Origin: Aliivibrio fischeri ES114
GTDB taxonomy: Bacteria > Pseudomonadota > Gammaproteobacteria > Enterobacterales > Vibrionaceae
Direction: 5' to 3' (one strand)
DNA: 32,000 bases
Assembly (NCBI RefSeq): GCF_000011805.1
Contig: NC_006841.2
Shown: one piece after another, positions 1 to 9,539 of the stretch
How positions within the stretch are numbered: position 1 is the stretch's first letter
How the letters are laid out: each line of letters opens with the position of its first letter
Made by a program: the position numbers and the translations under genes
The notes under the pieces: model-generated
Database searches by the model: none
The model's input: only the letters and a program-made list of their open reading frames with translations
Told to the model about the DNA's origin: nothing

Positions 1-120
1 AAATAATTTCTATAGAATAATTTTATTATTAGGCATTTTTATTTATTTGTTTGGTGTAAATGCCTTGGGGTGTCAGTGCTTAAAAGCTTATAATGACTAA
101 ATAAAGGGTTGGTTCAACAC

Positions 121-1011
121 ATGAAGTATCTTTTTGAACAAATTTTAAAAAAATATAGAGAGAAGAGCGGCGTTACTCAAGAGATTATGGTTGACTTATT
201 GAGTCACAATTCTTCGAAGTTAAAAAAATTAGATAACGTAACATTTAGTCGCTGGGAAAGAGGGATCACTATTCCTCCGTTCAAAAAACAAATTGAGATA
301 TATCAGTTATTAGGTGTCGATCCTATAGATGAAATCATTGATTCAAATATAGAATTACCAAAAGTGGATAATGAGAATTATTTCGCTATTGATTACTATA
401 CCTATGGTAATAGTGATTTTGTTACGCATGTATTAAATCGAAATACGTTATCCGGTTTAGATTCTGTTCTTGAAGAAATGGAATTAATAATTGATAGTGA
501 TTATTATTTTAAGCAGTTAATAAAAGCCACTGGAAAAAATAGTATAAAAAAATCAATAGAGTCATTAATGACAAAACTAAATGCTGAGATTATTGTTTGT
601 AAGTATAAATCTCGATTAATTGCACATTCGATTACGCTTTATGTATCATCAGATTTTTTAAAAGATTTAATGTGTAATGAAATAGATTATACAAAAATAA
701 AAAATTACGCATCAAATAACCCATTAATAATATCATTCTATGCATCAACTAATGATAGCCTTAAATATATACTAGGCCGAATTTTGACAAATTTTTTAGA
801 TATACCAAATATAGATTCAAAATTGTATTTTATTTCAGGTGAAAAAAATATACATAAGTTATTTGTTAAATTAAATTCTAAAATTAAATTTAATGAATTT
901 ATCGATGATAAAAACTATAAGTTATCTGAAGTAACTAAGTTAAATATTAATCACTCAAAAGATGCATTACATTTTCTTGTTGATTTTAGAAGAATGGAAT
1001 ATGAAAAGTAA
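121..1011 (+). CDS. XRE-type helix-turn-helix regulator with an uncharacterised C-terminal domain of about 220 aa
   Basis: ORF 109..1011 begins at TTG; the first ATG is at 121. The N-terminus (KKYREKSGVTQEIMVDLL...FSRWERG) looks like a Cro/C1-type HTH. I do not recognise the C-terminal part. The stop overlaps the next gene's ATG (ATGAAAAGTAA, 1001..1011). Confidence 0.55.
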   Translation: MKYLFEQILKKYREKSGVTQEIMVDLLSHNSSKLKKLDNVTFSRWERGITIPPFKKQIEIYQLLGVDPIDEIIDSNIELPKVDNENYFAIDYYTYGNSDFVTHVLNRNTLSGLDSVLEEMELIIDSDYYFKQLIKATGKNSIKKSIESLMTKLNAEIIVCKYKSRLIAHSITLYVSSDFLKDLMCNEIDYTKIKNYASNNPLIISFYASTNDSLKYILGRILTNFLDIPNIDSKLYFISGEKNIHKLFVKLNSKIKFNEFIDDKNYKLSEVTKLNINHSKDALHFLVDFRRMEYEK

Positions 1012-2149
1012 AATAAATATAATATTAGTAGATGATATTGATTTTTCAAGGAAAGTAGTTTCATTTATTATAAAGAAGAATTTTCATGATCAAGTAAATA
1101 TCATAGAAGCAAAAAGTTGTAATGATGTGGTAAATATTTTAAATAAAAAGAATATAATACACGGAATTATAACAGATATAATGATGCCTAATGGAGATGG
1201 CTTAGATCTAATAAAAGTATTATCTGAGAATAATTACCACATACCAGTAGCTATTGTTTCATCAGTAAAAGCGACTATTTTGGAAAAAGTAATGGACCTT
1301 GCTGAAGTCAGTGGGGTTACTATTGTTAATTCTTACAATAAACCCATTTCAGCTGAAGAAGTCATTTCTACCATTGATTTTTTTAATGTGAATAGAATTG
1401 AAGATCGAAAGATGTTGTTTGAAGATGTAAAGCAAAATGATCTTGTTGAATTATATTATCAACCAATCGTTAATTTCGGCTCTCATCGAATTGATGGTGT
1501 TCAGGTTTCTCCTCATTGGAAAAATCAAAAGGCAAGTGCTGTTGCCGAAAGTGTGTTTCTACCAGACATTAATGATATGAAAAATACTGCTGGGTTTATG
1601 AATTTGATGTTCACCCTGCTTGAGCGTGATATCAAGAGTAAGTTTTCTGATTATCGTCATACCTTTCGTATAAATGTGAAGGATATTTTAATATGCGATG
1701 ATGATTTTATTAATCATGTTTTTGATAAAATTGAAAAGGAAACGAAGGATAAGATCATTGTGGTTGTTGAGTTTTCAGAAGATGTTGTGTTACTTGATAA
1801 ATTAACAGAAAATCTGGAAAAATTACTCTCAGATGGAGTTCGCATATCAATTGAATTGGTTGACAATGATATGCAGTACAAACTATTAGAACAAGGAATT
1901 GCTCTTTCTAATATTTGTTTTGAATATAAGAAAAATGTATTTGATGATATCGAGAGGTTTAAAGAACTGCATGGTAAAGATATTCCTATCATTATAGGTA
2001 ACATTCAAAAAGTAAATCAGCAACAAGCATCATTAGATTATGGCTTTGAATGTTTACAAGGTGATTTCATCACGTCGGAAATGAAAAACGATAAATTAGT
2101 TAAATGGATTAACGCTTATGAATCAGAAACTGAAAACCTTCAATGTTAA
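1001..2149 (+). CDS. Response regulator: canonical receiver domain fused to a degenerate EAL domain
   Basis: Numbering from the ATG at 1001. Receiver residues are LVDD (D11/D12), IITDIMMPNGDG (D59), AIVSS and YNKP (K114). The EAL fold starts at ELYYQPIV, but the EALxR motif reads QVSPH, DDFG reads ELVDND and EGVE reads GNIQ; QG is retained. Confidence 0.75.
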   Translation: MKSKINIILVDDIDFSRKVVSFIIKKNFHDQVNIIEAKSCNDVVNILNKKNIIHGIITDIMMPNGDGLDLIKVLSENNYHIPVAIVSSVKATILEKVMDLAEVSGVTIVNSYNKPISAEEVISTIDFFNVNRIEDRKMLFEDVKQNDLVELYYQPIVNFGSHRIDGVQVSPHWKNQKASAVAESVFLPDINDMKNTAGFMNLMFTLLERDIKSKFSDYRHTFRINVKDILICDDDFINHVFDKIEKETKDKIIVVVEFSEDVVLLDKLTENLEKLLSDGVRISIELVDNDMQYKLLEQGIALSNICFEYKKNVFDDIERFKELHGKDIPIIIGNIQKVNQQQASLDYGFECLQGDFITSEMKNDKLVKWINAYESETENLQC

Positions 2150-2438
2150 AGATTTTGAAAATGGAACTTCAACATCTCACTCCAGTAAAGAAGCATATTA
2201 TTTTAAAAGAATGATAGTTGAAGGAATAGAGAAAGAACTTAAGGAAATTGAAACTGATGGTGTCCAAGATACGATTCACGCGATAAAAGGCATATCGAGT
2301 TATGCTGGGTTAAATAGAATGCATGAAGTCTGTATGAGACTTGAACATTATCATCAAGTAATGAGATTCAAATTAGTTAAAGAGATATTGCATCGGGAGT
2401 ATCAAACCGTTGTAAATGATGAACAATTTTTAGCCTAA
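2118..2438 (+). CDS. Stand-alone histidine phosphotransfer (HPt) protein
   Basis: 106 aa, the size of a four-helix HPt domain. It has the HPt signature HAIKGISSYAGLNRMHEVCMRLE (HxxKG...G...E). Its start overlaps the REC-EAL gene by 32 nt. No clear SD sequence. Confidence 0.6.
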   Translation: MNQKLKTFNVKDFENGTSTSHSSKEAYYFKRMIVEGIEKELKEIETDGVQDTIHAIKGISSYAGLNRMHEVCMRLEHYHQVMRFKLVKEILHREYQTVVNDEQFLA

Positions 2439-2443
2439 AATAA

Positions 2444-2472
2444 AAAGCATAGTTTCGACTATGCTTTTTTTT
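2444..2472 (+). terminator. Rho-independent terminator after the HPt gene
   Basis: Perfect 10-bp stem AAAGCATAGT / ACTATGCTTT (2444..2453 / 2458..2467) with a TTCG loop, followed by a T-run to 2472. Confidence 0.75.
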
Positions 2473-2745
2473 GTTTCTAAAGAAAGACTAATTACATTTA
2501 AATATAGATCTTGATCCAGTAATTACAACACAAACATGATACTAACACTTTAGTGTTATATATTTATAATTATTATGCTTGATAATAGTGATTAGTAATA
2601 CACTTCTAATAATTTAGCATTTTGTTTTATTTTTATAATGTACATGCCTTGTTAGTTTTTTGTACCAACATTTATTATTTCGTCTCTTTCTTAATACACA
2701 AAATCATTTTTGATTATGTATGTTAATTTTAATAAGTCAGTATAT

Positions 2746-2760
2746 AAACTCAATGAGTTT
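2746..2760. promoter_or_regulatory. 15-bp perfect palindrome (candidate operator) just upstream of flp
   Basis: AAACTCA-A-TGAGTTT at 2746..2760, 28 nt upstream of the flp ATG and abutting a TATATA stretch (2741..2746). Confidence 0.3.
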
Positions 2761-2788
2761 AACATTAGAGATAATAAGGTAAAAAACA

Positions 2789-3007
2789 ATGTTAATTAAG
2801 TTTTTCGAATTTTCTAAGAACGCAATCCGAAGCTTTAAAAATGATGAGCGTGGCGTTACAGCTATTGAATATGCAATTATCGGTGTAGCTATTTCTGCTA
2901 TTATCTTATTGATGTTTAATGGAACACTTCAACAAGCCTTAATTGATGCAATTGGTACAATTTCAGCTAACATTACATCTGCCAATGACACTGGCGGTGG
3001 TGCTTAA
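2789..3007 (+). CDS. flp: Flp-family type IVb/c prepilin
   Basis: 72 aa. The Flp processing motif is ERG|VTAIEYAIIGVAIS (cleavage after G22), followed by a hydrophobic helix. AAGG RBS. It is the first gene of the tad cluster. Confidence 0.9.
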   Translation: MLIKFFEFSKNAIRSFKNDERGVTAIEYAIIGVAISAIILLMFNGTLQQALIDAIGTISANITSANDTGGGA

Positions 3008-3016
3008 AATAATTTA

Positions 3017-3451
3017 ATGAGTAATAATTCAATTATATGGTGGACATTTTTGTTCACCATATCGTGTATTATATGCTACCAAGATATAACTAGACGAACT
3101 ATATCAAATCGAATGTGCCTTATAGTTCTTATTATTTGCATTTTCCTTGTTATAAAAAACGGCAATTACTCTTCACTATATTATTCAGTAATAATATTTC
3201 TCGGAGGGTTTATACTTTTTATAAAAAAAGTTATAGCGGCAGGGGATGTGAAGCTTATATCTTCTTTCTTTATTGCAATTAACCAAAATTATCAGTTATT
3301 GACTTTCACTATTATTCTCTTGGCTGGTGGGGTTATATCTATAGTCCTATTGATTCATAAGATAATTAATAAAGAAAATACAACAATGACAGTTCCTTAT
3401 GGAGTTCCTATCTGTATTGGGTGCTTATTTGGTATTGCAGCATCACTTTAA
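3017..3451 (+). CDS. tadV: Flp prepilin peptidase (A24 family, no methyltransferase domain)
   Basis: 144-aa polytopic membrane protein with two Asp motifs (CYQDITRR and AAGDVKL). Its position directly after flp fits TadV/CpaA. Confidence 0.8.
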   Translation: MSNNSIIWWTFLFTISCIICYQDITRRTISNRMCLIVLIICIFLVIKNGNYSSLYYSVIIFLGGFILFIKKVIAAGDVKLISSFFIAINQNYQLLTFTIILLAGGVISIVLLIHKIINKENTTMTVPYGVPICIGCLFGIAASL

Positions 3452-3459
3452 GGTAATTT

Positions 3460-4245
3460 ATGAAAGCTAAAATAATCGTTGTGTTAGCAATGATTACTAT
3501 TTTGTTTGGGCTATATGGTCTAGCAGGTAGTTTATCTATGTTTGCTCCTCAAAATATAATAAAACCAAAAGAAGAAAATAAAATAAAAGTTTGGCAATTA
3601 AAAGAAAATGTAAACGCTAGAGATGAAATTAATCGACGCTTAGTCTCTCTTGTTCTTCTTCCTGAATCAGAGGCTAATAAACTGAGTTTTTCAGAAGACG
3701 TGCCAATTAACTGGAATAGAGGAACGATTTATAGACACGATCTTAAAAAGGGTGATTACATTTCAATGGAGGATTTTATCACCCCAGAAGAAGATAACTA
3801 TATTGAATATGTAATTGCACCAAATCGAGTTCCATTCCCATTACCTATTGATTCACCCGATATTATTGGAGGTGTAATCGGTAATGGTAGTTTTGTTGAT
3901 GTATTAGCTCTTACCAAAAGTGATGAAAACCGTAATTCAAATCGCGCAACGAAAAAAACACTATCGATTACGCCAATTTTTACAAGTATTAAAGTATTGC
4001 AAGTAAAACGAACCGTTATTCCTGAGACTCGTATAGAGCCAGCGAAAGAAGGCATAGTACTTATTCTTGAACTTACTCGTAGTCAAGCTGTTGAACTTAT
4101 CGTTGCAAAAGAAGCAGCAAAAATTGAAGTTCATAAATCAATTGGTAATTACAGTATCGAAGATTTAAAAGCAAATGCTGGTGACGTACTAGATGATTTT
4201 AGAGCGGTGACAGAATATCGCGCAAATAAAGTTACTATTAAATAG
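3460..4245 (+). CDS. rcpC: Flp pilus assembly protein RcpC/CpaB
   Basis: 261 aa with an N-terminal membrane anchor. Size and position immediately upstream of the secretin fit RcpC/CpaB. The call rests mainly on synteny. Confidence 0.7.
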   Translation: MKAKIIVVLAMITILFGLYGLAGSLSMFAPQNIIKPKEENKIKVWQLKENVNARDEINRRLVSLVLLPESEANKLSFSEDVPINWNRGTIYRHDLKKGDYISMEDFITPEEDNYIEYVIAPNRVPFPLPIDSPDIIGGVIGNGSFVDVLALTKSDENRNSNRATKKTLSITPIFTSIKVLQVKRTVIPETRIEPAKEGIVLILELTRSQAVELIVAKEAAKIEVHKSIGNYSIEDLKANAGDVLDDFRAVTEYRANKVTIK

Positions 4246-4255
4246 AGTAAATAAA

Positions 4256-5578
4256 ATGTGGAATAATTATTATCGAGCACTGTTGGTATTAGTTTTATTA
4301 CCTATATCATTTGTTAGTTTAGCGGGCAATATTATTAATATGTCAGAAGGTGATTCGCAAGTCATCTTAGCCAATAAGGACGTTGGTTCTGTATTTGTAT
4401 CTGATCCAAAAATCGCAGATTACCAAGTAATAGAAAAGAAAAAAGTTATTGTTTATGGGAAAAAAATAGGGCAAAGCTCTGTGATGGTTTTTGATAGAAA
4501 TGGCCATACCCTTGCAAATAAAAAGCTCATCGTAAATAAAAGTCTTGATTCTATAAAACAGTATATATCAGTTAAATACCCAGATGTTGATGTTGACGTT
4601 TTTAATATAGGTGAGCAAGTTGTACTCAGTGGAACGGTTTCAACCGAACAAGAGAAAGATGAAATAAACAATATTGTTGGGCAGCTGCTTGATAAAGATG
4701 ATGAAAAATTCACTTTTGAGCAAGACATGGAAGACCAAGATTATGAAATTCAGTTCATGGAAAGAACGGATTACAAAGGGATTGTAAATAATATCGAGGT
4801 AGCTACAACAAAACAAGTGAATGTAAAAATCTCAATTGCTGAAGTATCACAGTCATTCTTACAAGATATTGGTATTCAATATGGTACAGATGCGGCAGGT
4901 GTATTTATTCAACCACTTACTCACTTTAGTTCATCAGACATTATGTCCGTTATTACTGCTATTGGTAGCGATACGGTAGGGCAAATATTAGCAGAGCCAA
5001 ACCTATCGGTAGTTTCTGGAGAAAGTGCAAGCTTTTTAGTTGGTGGTGAATTGCCGGTTGTAACAACCGTAAATAACAGCACCAATGTGATGTACAAAGA
5101 ATATGGTGTGAGACTCGAGTTAATGGCCAAGGTTAAGAAAGATGACAAGATCACGCTTTCACTGGTTCCTGAAGTTAGTTCATTAGATATCCAATATGAA
5201 AATGATTCATATGATTTACCAGCTCTAAAAACTCGTCGTGCACGTACAACCGTTGAACTTGGCGATGGGCAAAGTTTTGTTTTAGGTGGATTATTGAGCT
5301 CTGAAGATAAAGAAAGCCTTCAAAAAATTCCTTTCATTGGAGATATCCCAATTTTAGGTGCTTTATTTAGAGGTTCATCGACTAAGAGAAATAAAACTGA
5401 GTTACTTATTGTAGCAACGGTAAATTTAGTTAAGCCAATTCATTCTTCGCAAATACAACTGCCAATGATGAGAAAGACAACCACATTAAATCGCTTTTTT
5501 GCATTAGAAGATTCATATGTAACAGCCGGTGATAAATGGGCTAAAGAGTTATTAGCTATTGGAGGATTTAAAAAATGA
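4256..5578 (+). CDS. rcpA: Tad outer-membrane secretin RcpA/CpaC
   Basis: 440 aa with a signal peptide. The C-terminal secretin signature is LPALKTRRARTTVELGDGQSFVLGGLL...IPFIGDIPILGALFR...ELLIVATVNLVKP. Confidence 0.9.
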   Translation: MWNNYYRALLVLVLLPISFVSLAGNIINMSEGDSQVILANKDVGSVFVSDPKIADYQVIEKKKVIVYGKKIGQSSVMVFDRNGHTLANKKLIVNKSLDSIKQYISVKYPDVDVDVFNIGEQVVLSGTVSTEQEKDEINNIVGQLLDKDDEKFTFEQDMEDQDYEIQFMERTDYKGIVNNIEVATTKQVNVKISIAEVSQSFLQDIGIQYGTDAAGVFIQPLTHFSSSDIMSVITAIGSDTVGQILAEPNLSVVSGESASFLVGGELPVVTTVNNSTNVMYKEYGVRLELMAKVKKDDKITLSLVPEVSSLDIQYENDSYDLPALKTRRARTTVELGDGQSFVLGGLLSSEDKESLQKIPFIGDIPILGALFRGSSTKRNKTELLIVATVNLVKPIHSSQIQLPMMRKTTTLNRFFALEDSYVTAGDKWAKELLAIGGFKK

Positions 5579-6111
5579 TCAATTGGAAAGGAATGTTATT
5601 TCTCCCATTAGTATTAATGACTGGTTGTGTTGAAAAAGTAAATGAACGTTTTGGCCCGGAAATAGATGTGTTTCCTGTAACGTATTCAGTATCTTTATCT
5701 AACACTCGTGAGTCAAAAATGTCGCTATCTACTTTTATCAGCGATCATAAAAAAGAACTTATTAACTATGGCGCAAATGTTCAGTGGGTGAGCCAATCAG
5801 GAAATCGTTGGGCGAATGAAATAAAAAAACAATTAATTAAAGAAGGCGTAAATAAAGATTTAATTATTATTTCTCAGGGTGAAAAAGGTGATGTGTATTT
5901 CGATATTAAATTTTCTATCGTTGTGCATAAAACACAAGTATCTAGCTGCCAATATGCTGAACTTGGGGCTATTAACACAGTAGCAACGGGGTGTTTTATT
6001 GAAAATGCGCGTTGGTCATCAATGGTTAATCCACAGAAAATGTTAATAACACCATCAGTAGATCAAGAGCATAAAGAAGCTGAAGCAACAGCACCTGGAA
6101 AGGAGGAATAA
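5575..6111 (+). CDS. Pilus-associated lipoprotein (CpaD/RcpB position)
   Basis: 178 aa with lipobox LMTG|C (Cys18). ATGA overlap with the rcpA stop. It lies between the secretin and tadZ, as CpaD/RcpB-type lipoproteins do. Confidence 0.55.
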   Translation: MINWKGMLFLPLVLMTGCVEKVNERFGPEIDVFPVTYSVSLSNTRESKMSLSTFISDHKKELINYGANVQWVSQSGNRWANEIKKQLIKEGVNKDLIIISQGEKGDVYFDIKFSIVVHKTQVSSCQYAELGAINTVATGCFIENARWSSMVNPQKMLITPSVDQEHKEAEATAPGKEE

Positions 6112-6112
6112 T

Positions 6113-7330
6113 ATGTTTGATTTATCAAACTCAATGAATCTGCCTGTGAATAAAAAGCAAAACTTAGAACTTGTTCTTTTTCACCAAACAGATGAATACC
6201 GACAGTTAATAGAAGAAGTTTTCCGTTTTGAAGGGGTATCAGAGCCTCTTGTACTAGATAATACCGACGAAGTCGTTGCACAGCACGCTAGAAAGTACCC
6301 AAATCATATCATTATGATTGAACTTAATAATAGCCATCATGTAGTGAATGATATTGAGCGTATTAGCCATCTTTTACCTAATAATGCGCCAGTCATCGTG
6401 TTAGGAAAAGAGAATTCAATATCTGTTATCCGTGCATTAAAAGACATGGGCTATTACTATTTATTTTGTCCTGCTACTAAGACTGAACTCTTTGATTTTG
6501 TAAGTGAAATCAATGAGAAAAACATGAAAAAAGAGTTAGGTAGTACGACAAGAAAAGCGAAGAAAATTGCTGTTCTAGGCGCTAAAGGTGGAGTTGGAAC
6601 TTCGTTTATTGCAGCAGAGCTAAGTAAAGAATTATCTGGTAGTCGTAATAGTTCGTGTGTTGTTGTTGATCATAATATTCGAGGCGGTAACTTAGATATT
6701 ATGCTTGGCATGAAACACTTTAAAAGACGAAAGCTAACCCAAGGTATGCTTCTTTCTAATTTGGATGTTGATTACGCTACCAATATGGTAACTAAGTTGA
6801 ATGATATGCTTTCATTACTCTCAATTGAATCTGACAATTTTTCAATTGAAGAAATGAAAGAATATATCAGTGTATTGACGTCACAACTTGCGCTTCAAGC
6901 TAATTTTATTATTGAAGATCTTTCTGGTTCGGCAAGCGAGAAACTCAGTTATCTAACTAAATCAGCTGATGTTGATGCTGTCGTTCTTGTTGCGGATCAA
7001 ACGGTATCGAGTTTACGAGAAGCTGCTTTAGTTGTTAATACAATTAAAGAAAAGAACCTTCCAATCCGCGTAATTGTGGTTGTTAATCATACTAAACCTG
7101 AAAAGTACTCAACAATAGAGTCACAAGAAGTAGAAAAATATATTAATAAGAATATAGATGTGATTTGTCCATTTGAACCTAAGTTAGGTACGTATTTATT
7201 ACATAGAGACAGTATTTATACAAAAGATATAGAAATTGCTCAAAGTTTAAATCGTATTACTGCTTTATTGCTTGGTGAAGAAGAAATCAAGAAATCAAGC
7301 TTGCTTAAGCGTTTAATTAAAAGGTTATAG
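6113..7330 (+). CDS. tadZ: TadZ/CpaE ParA/MinD-like pilus localisation ATPase
   Basis: 405 aa with a GGAGGA RBS. It has an N-terminal receiver-like region without an acidic pocket, then a deviant Walker A, AVLGAKGGVGTSF (KGGxGTS, lacking the GK[ST] lysine), as reported for TadZ. Confidence 0.8.
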   Translation: MFDLSNSMNLPVNKKQNLELVLFHQTDEYRQLIEEVFRFEGVSEPLVLDNTDEVVAQHARKYPNHIIMIELNNSHHVVNDIERISHLLPNNAPVIVLGKENSISVIRALKDMGYYYLFCPATKTELFDFVSEINEKNMKKELGSTTRKAKKIAVLGAKGGVGTSFIAAELSKELSGSRNSSCVVVDHNIRGGNLDIMLGMKHFKRRKLTQGMLLSNLDVDYATNMVTKLNDMLSLLSIESDNFSIEEMKEYISVLTSQLALQANFIIEDLSGSASEKLSYLTKSADVDAVVLVADQTVSSLREAALVVNTIKEKNLPIRVIVVVNHTKPEKYSTIESQEVEKYINKNIDVICPFEPKLGTYLLHRDSIYTKDIEIAQSLNRITALLLGEEEIKKSSLLKRLIKRL

Positions 7331-7332
7331 AT

Positions 7333-8619
7333 ATGGACCAAAATAAATCAATTTATATCGAAATTCGAGCTCAAATTTTTGATGTATTAGATGCAGAAAC
7401 GGTTAATTCATTAAGTAAAGAGCAGCTACATAATCAACTGAGTAATGCGATAGACCTGTTAATTGAACGCCATGAATGGCCAGTAAGTACAATTGTGCGA
7501 GCTGAATACGTAACAAGTCTAGTAAATGAATTACAAGGTCTTGGGCCTCTTCAGGTATTAATGGAAGATGAATCTATTAGTGACATTATGATTAATGGGT
7601 ACGACAAGATTTTTATCGAACGAGCAGGTTTAGTTGAAGTCGCACCGGTTAGCTTCATTGATGAAGAACAACTACTACATATAGCTAAGCGTGTTGCTTC
7701 TCAAGTTGGACGACGTGTTGATGATTCATCACCAACTTGTGATGCGCGGTTAGCTGACGGTAGTCGTGTAAATATTGTTATTCCACCAATTGCTATTGAT
7801 GGAACCTCTATGTCTATACGTAAATTTAAAAAAGACAGCATAGGCTTAGAGAAATTAACTGAATTTGGTGCGTTGAGTCAAGAAATGGCTCAGTTATTAA
7901 TGATTGCATCTCGTTGTCGTTTGAATATTTTAATATCAGGTGGTACGGGTTCTGGTAAGACAACAATGCTGAATGCGCTATCGCAATATATTTCAGAAAA
8001 AGAGCGTATCGTAACGATAGAAGATGCTGCTGAACTGAAATTACTTCAACCGCATGTAGTGAGATTAGAAACTCGAAATTCAGGGATTGAAGGTAACGGG
8101 GCAATTACTCAGCAAGACCTTGTTATTAATGCCTTACGTATGCGTCCTGACCGAATAATTGTTGGTGAGTGTCGTGGCGGTGAAGCTTTTCAAATGCTTC
8201 AAGCAATGAATACTGGCCATGATGGTTCAATGTCAACGCTCCATGCGAATACACCTCGTGATGCAATGGCTCGTGTAGAGGCAATGGTGATGATGGCAAG
8301 TAACAACTTACCACTAGAAGCGATTCGTCGAACCATAGTTAGTGCTGTTGATATCGTAATTCAAATCAGCCGCTTACATGATGGAAGTCGTAAAGTCATG
8401 AGCATCACTGAGGTGATTGGTCTTGAAGGTAATAACGTTGTATTGGAAGAACTCTACAAATTTGAATCAACAGGCCAGAACACTCCAGAAGGAAAAATTA
8501 TCGGTAATTATTCTACCACTGGTTTAATGCAACGATCGGTATTAGTTGAAAAAGCTCGATTCTTTGGGTTAGAGCAGCAACTGAAAGCGGTATTTAATAA
8601 GTTTGATGAGGCGATATGA
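7333..8619 (+). CDS. tadA: Tad secretion ATPase TadA/CpaF
   Basis: 428 aa. Walker A is GGTGSGKTT, Walker B/Asp box is DRIIVGECRGGEA, and the His box is GHDGSMSTLHAN. Confidence 0.95.
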   Translation: MDQNKSIYIEIRAQIFDVLDAETVNSLSKEQLHNQLSNAIDLLIERHEWPVSTIVRAEYVTSLVNELQGLGPLQVLMEDESISDIMINGYDKIFIERAGLVEVAPVSFIDEEQLLHIAKRVASQVGRRVDDSSPTCDARLADGSRVNIVIPPIAIDGTSMSIRKFKKDSIGLEKLTEFGALSQEMAQLLMIASRCRLNILISGGTGSGKTTMLNALSQYISEKERIVTIEDAAELKLLQPHVVRLETRNSGIEGNGAITQQDLVINALRMRPDRIIVGECRGGEAFQMLQAMNTGHDGSMSTLHANTPRDAMARVEAMVMMASNNLPLEAIRRTIVSAVDIVIQISRLHDGSRKVMSITEVIGLEGNNVVLEELYKFESTGQNTPEGKIIGNYSTTGLMQRSVLVEKARFFGLEQQLKAVFNKFDEAI

Positions 8620-9539
8620 TTTATTTTATTGCATTAGCTATCGGCATTTTGCTTATTTTATACTTATTAATGCCTCAAAGTAAAAAACATCATGAGTATC
8701 TAAAAAAAAGTAATTTTTCAAGTTCTGATTTATCAAATGATGAAGACAAACAGGCAGTAAAATTAGAATCATTGTCTGATGAAACATTAAAGCAAAAATT
8801 ACTTCGCTTTTTTAATAATACGTATCAGCAAGTGGACTCTCTAGCAAATATTAAAATACCTTTATATTGCGCATTTTTAGTGGTTCTTGGGATATATATA
8901 AATAAGAGTTTTCTTCAAGCTAACCCTTTAATGATCGTTGCTATTACAGAAATTAGCGGCTTAATTTTTGGCGTTATGTGGTTAAGAAAACGAGAAAAGA
9001 ACCGATTTGAAGAGTCTTTTCCTGATGCATTAAACATGATGTCTAGTGCGGTGAGTGCTGGTGAAGGAATTATGCAGGCCGTGGTGTTTGTTGGCCGCTC
9101 GTTAGATGGGAAAGTAGGGAAAGAATTCAAAAGAATGGGAGAGCAGCTACAATTAGGAGAGTCTCCTGATACTGTTTTTCGAAAGTCTTGTGAACGATTT
9201 CCATATCCATCATTTCAATTTTTTATTATTACTTTACGAACCAGTATGCAGCGAGGTGGACAACTAAAAGAGGTAATGAAGCGCTTAAATAGATTGATGT
9301 TTGGTGCAAGAGCGATTGAAAAGAAAAAACTGGCGTTAACTTCTGAGGCTAGAGCATCAGCAAAAATAGTCGCAGCAATTCCGTTTATTTTCTTGTTTAT
9401 GTTGCAATACCTTAGTCCTGAAAACTATGAATTTGTGATGTTTAATCCTGCGGGAAGACCAATATTATATTATGTGTTAATCAGTGAAAGTATTGGGATA
9501 CTCATTATATGGTTATTGATGAGAGGAGTTCGTTCATAA
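8616..9539 (+). CDS. tadB: Tad inner-membrane platform protein TadB
   Basis: 307 aa polytopic protein with a T2SS-F-like cytoplasmic domain. ATGA overlap with the tadA stop. Confidence 0.85.
   Translation: MIYFIALAIGILLILYLLMPQSKKHHEYLKKSNFSSSDLSNDEDKQAVKLESLSDETLKQKLLRFFNNTYQQVDSLANIKIPLYCAFLVVLGIYINKSFLQANPLMIVAITEISGLIFGVMWLRKREKNRFEESFPDALNMMSSAVSAGEGIMQAVVFVGRSLDGKVGKEFKRMGEQLQLGESPDTVFRKSCERFPYPSFQFFIITLRTSMQRGGQLKEVMKRLNRLMFGARAIEKKKLALTSEARASAKIVAAIPFIFLFMLQYLSPENYEFVMFNPAGRPILYYVLISESIGILIIWLLMRGVRS

Noticed and set aside
31-65. Inverted repeat AGGCATTT / AAATGCCT with a 19-nt loop at the window start, considered as a terminator for an upstream gene
   Set aside because: No U-run follows on either strand and the loop is large. 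It may be an operator or chance in AT-rich DNA. The upstream context lies outside the window.
2473-2788. A c-di-GMP riboswitch (GEMM-type) in the long flp leader, considered because of the neighbouring EAL gene
   Set aside because: The region is almost pure A/T. It lacks the GC-rich paired helices and conserved tetraloop-receptor features I remember for GEMM-I/II. A covariance-model scan (Rfam) would settle it.
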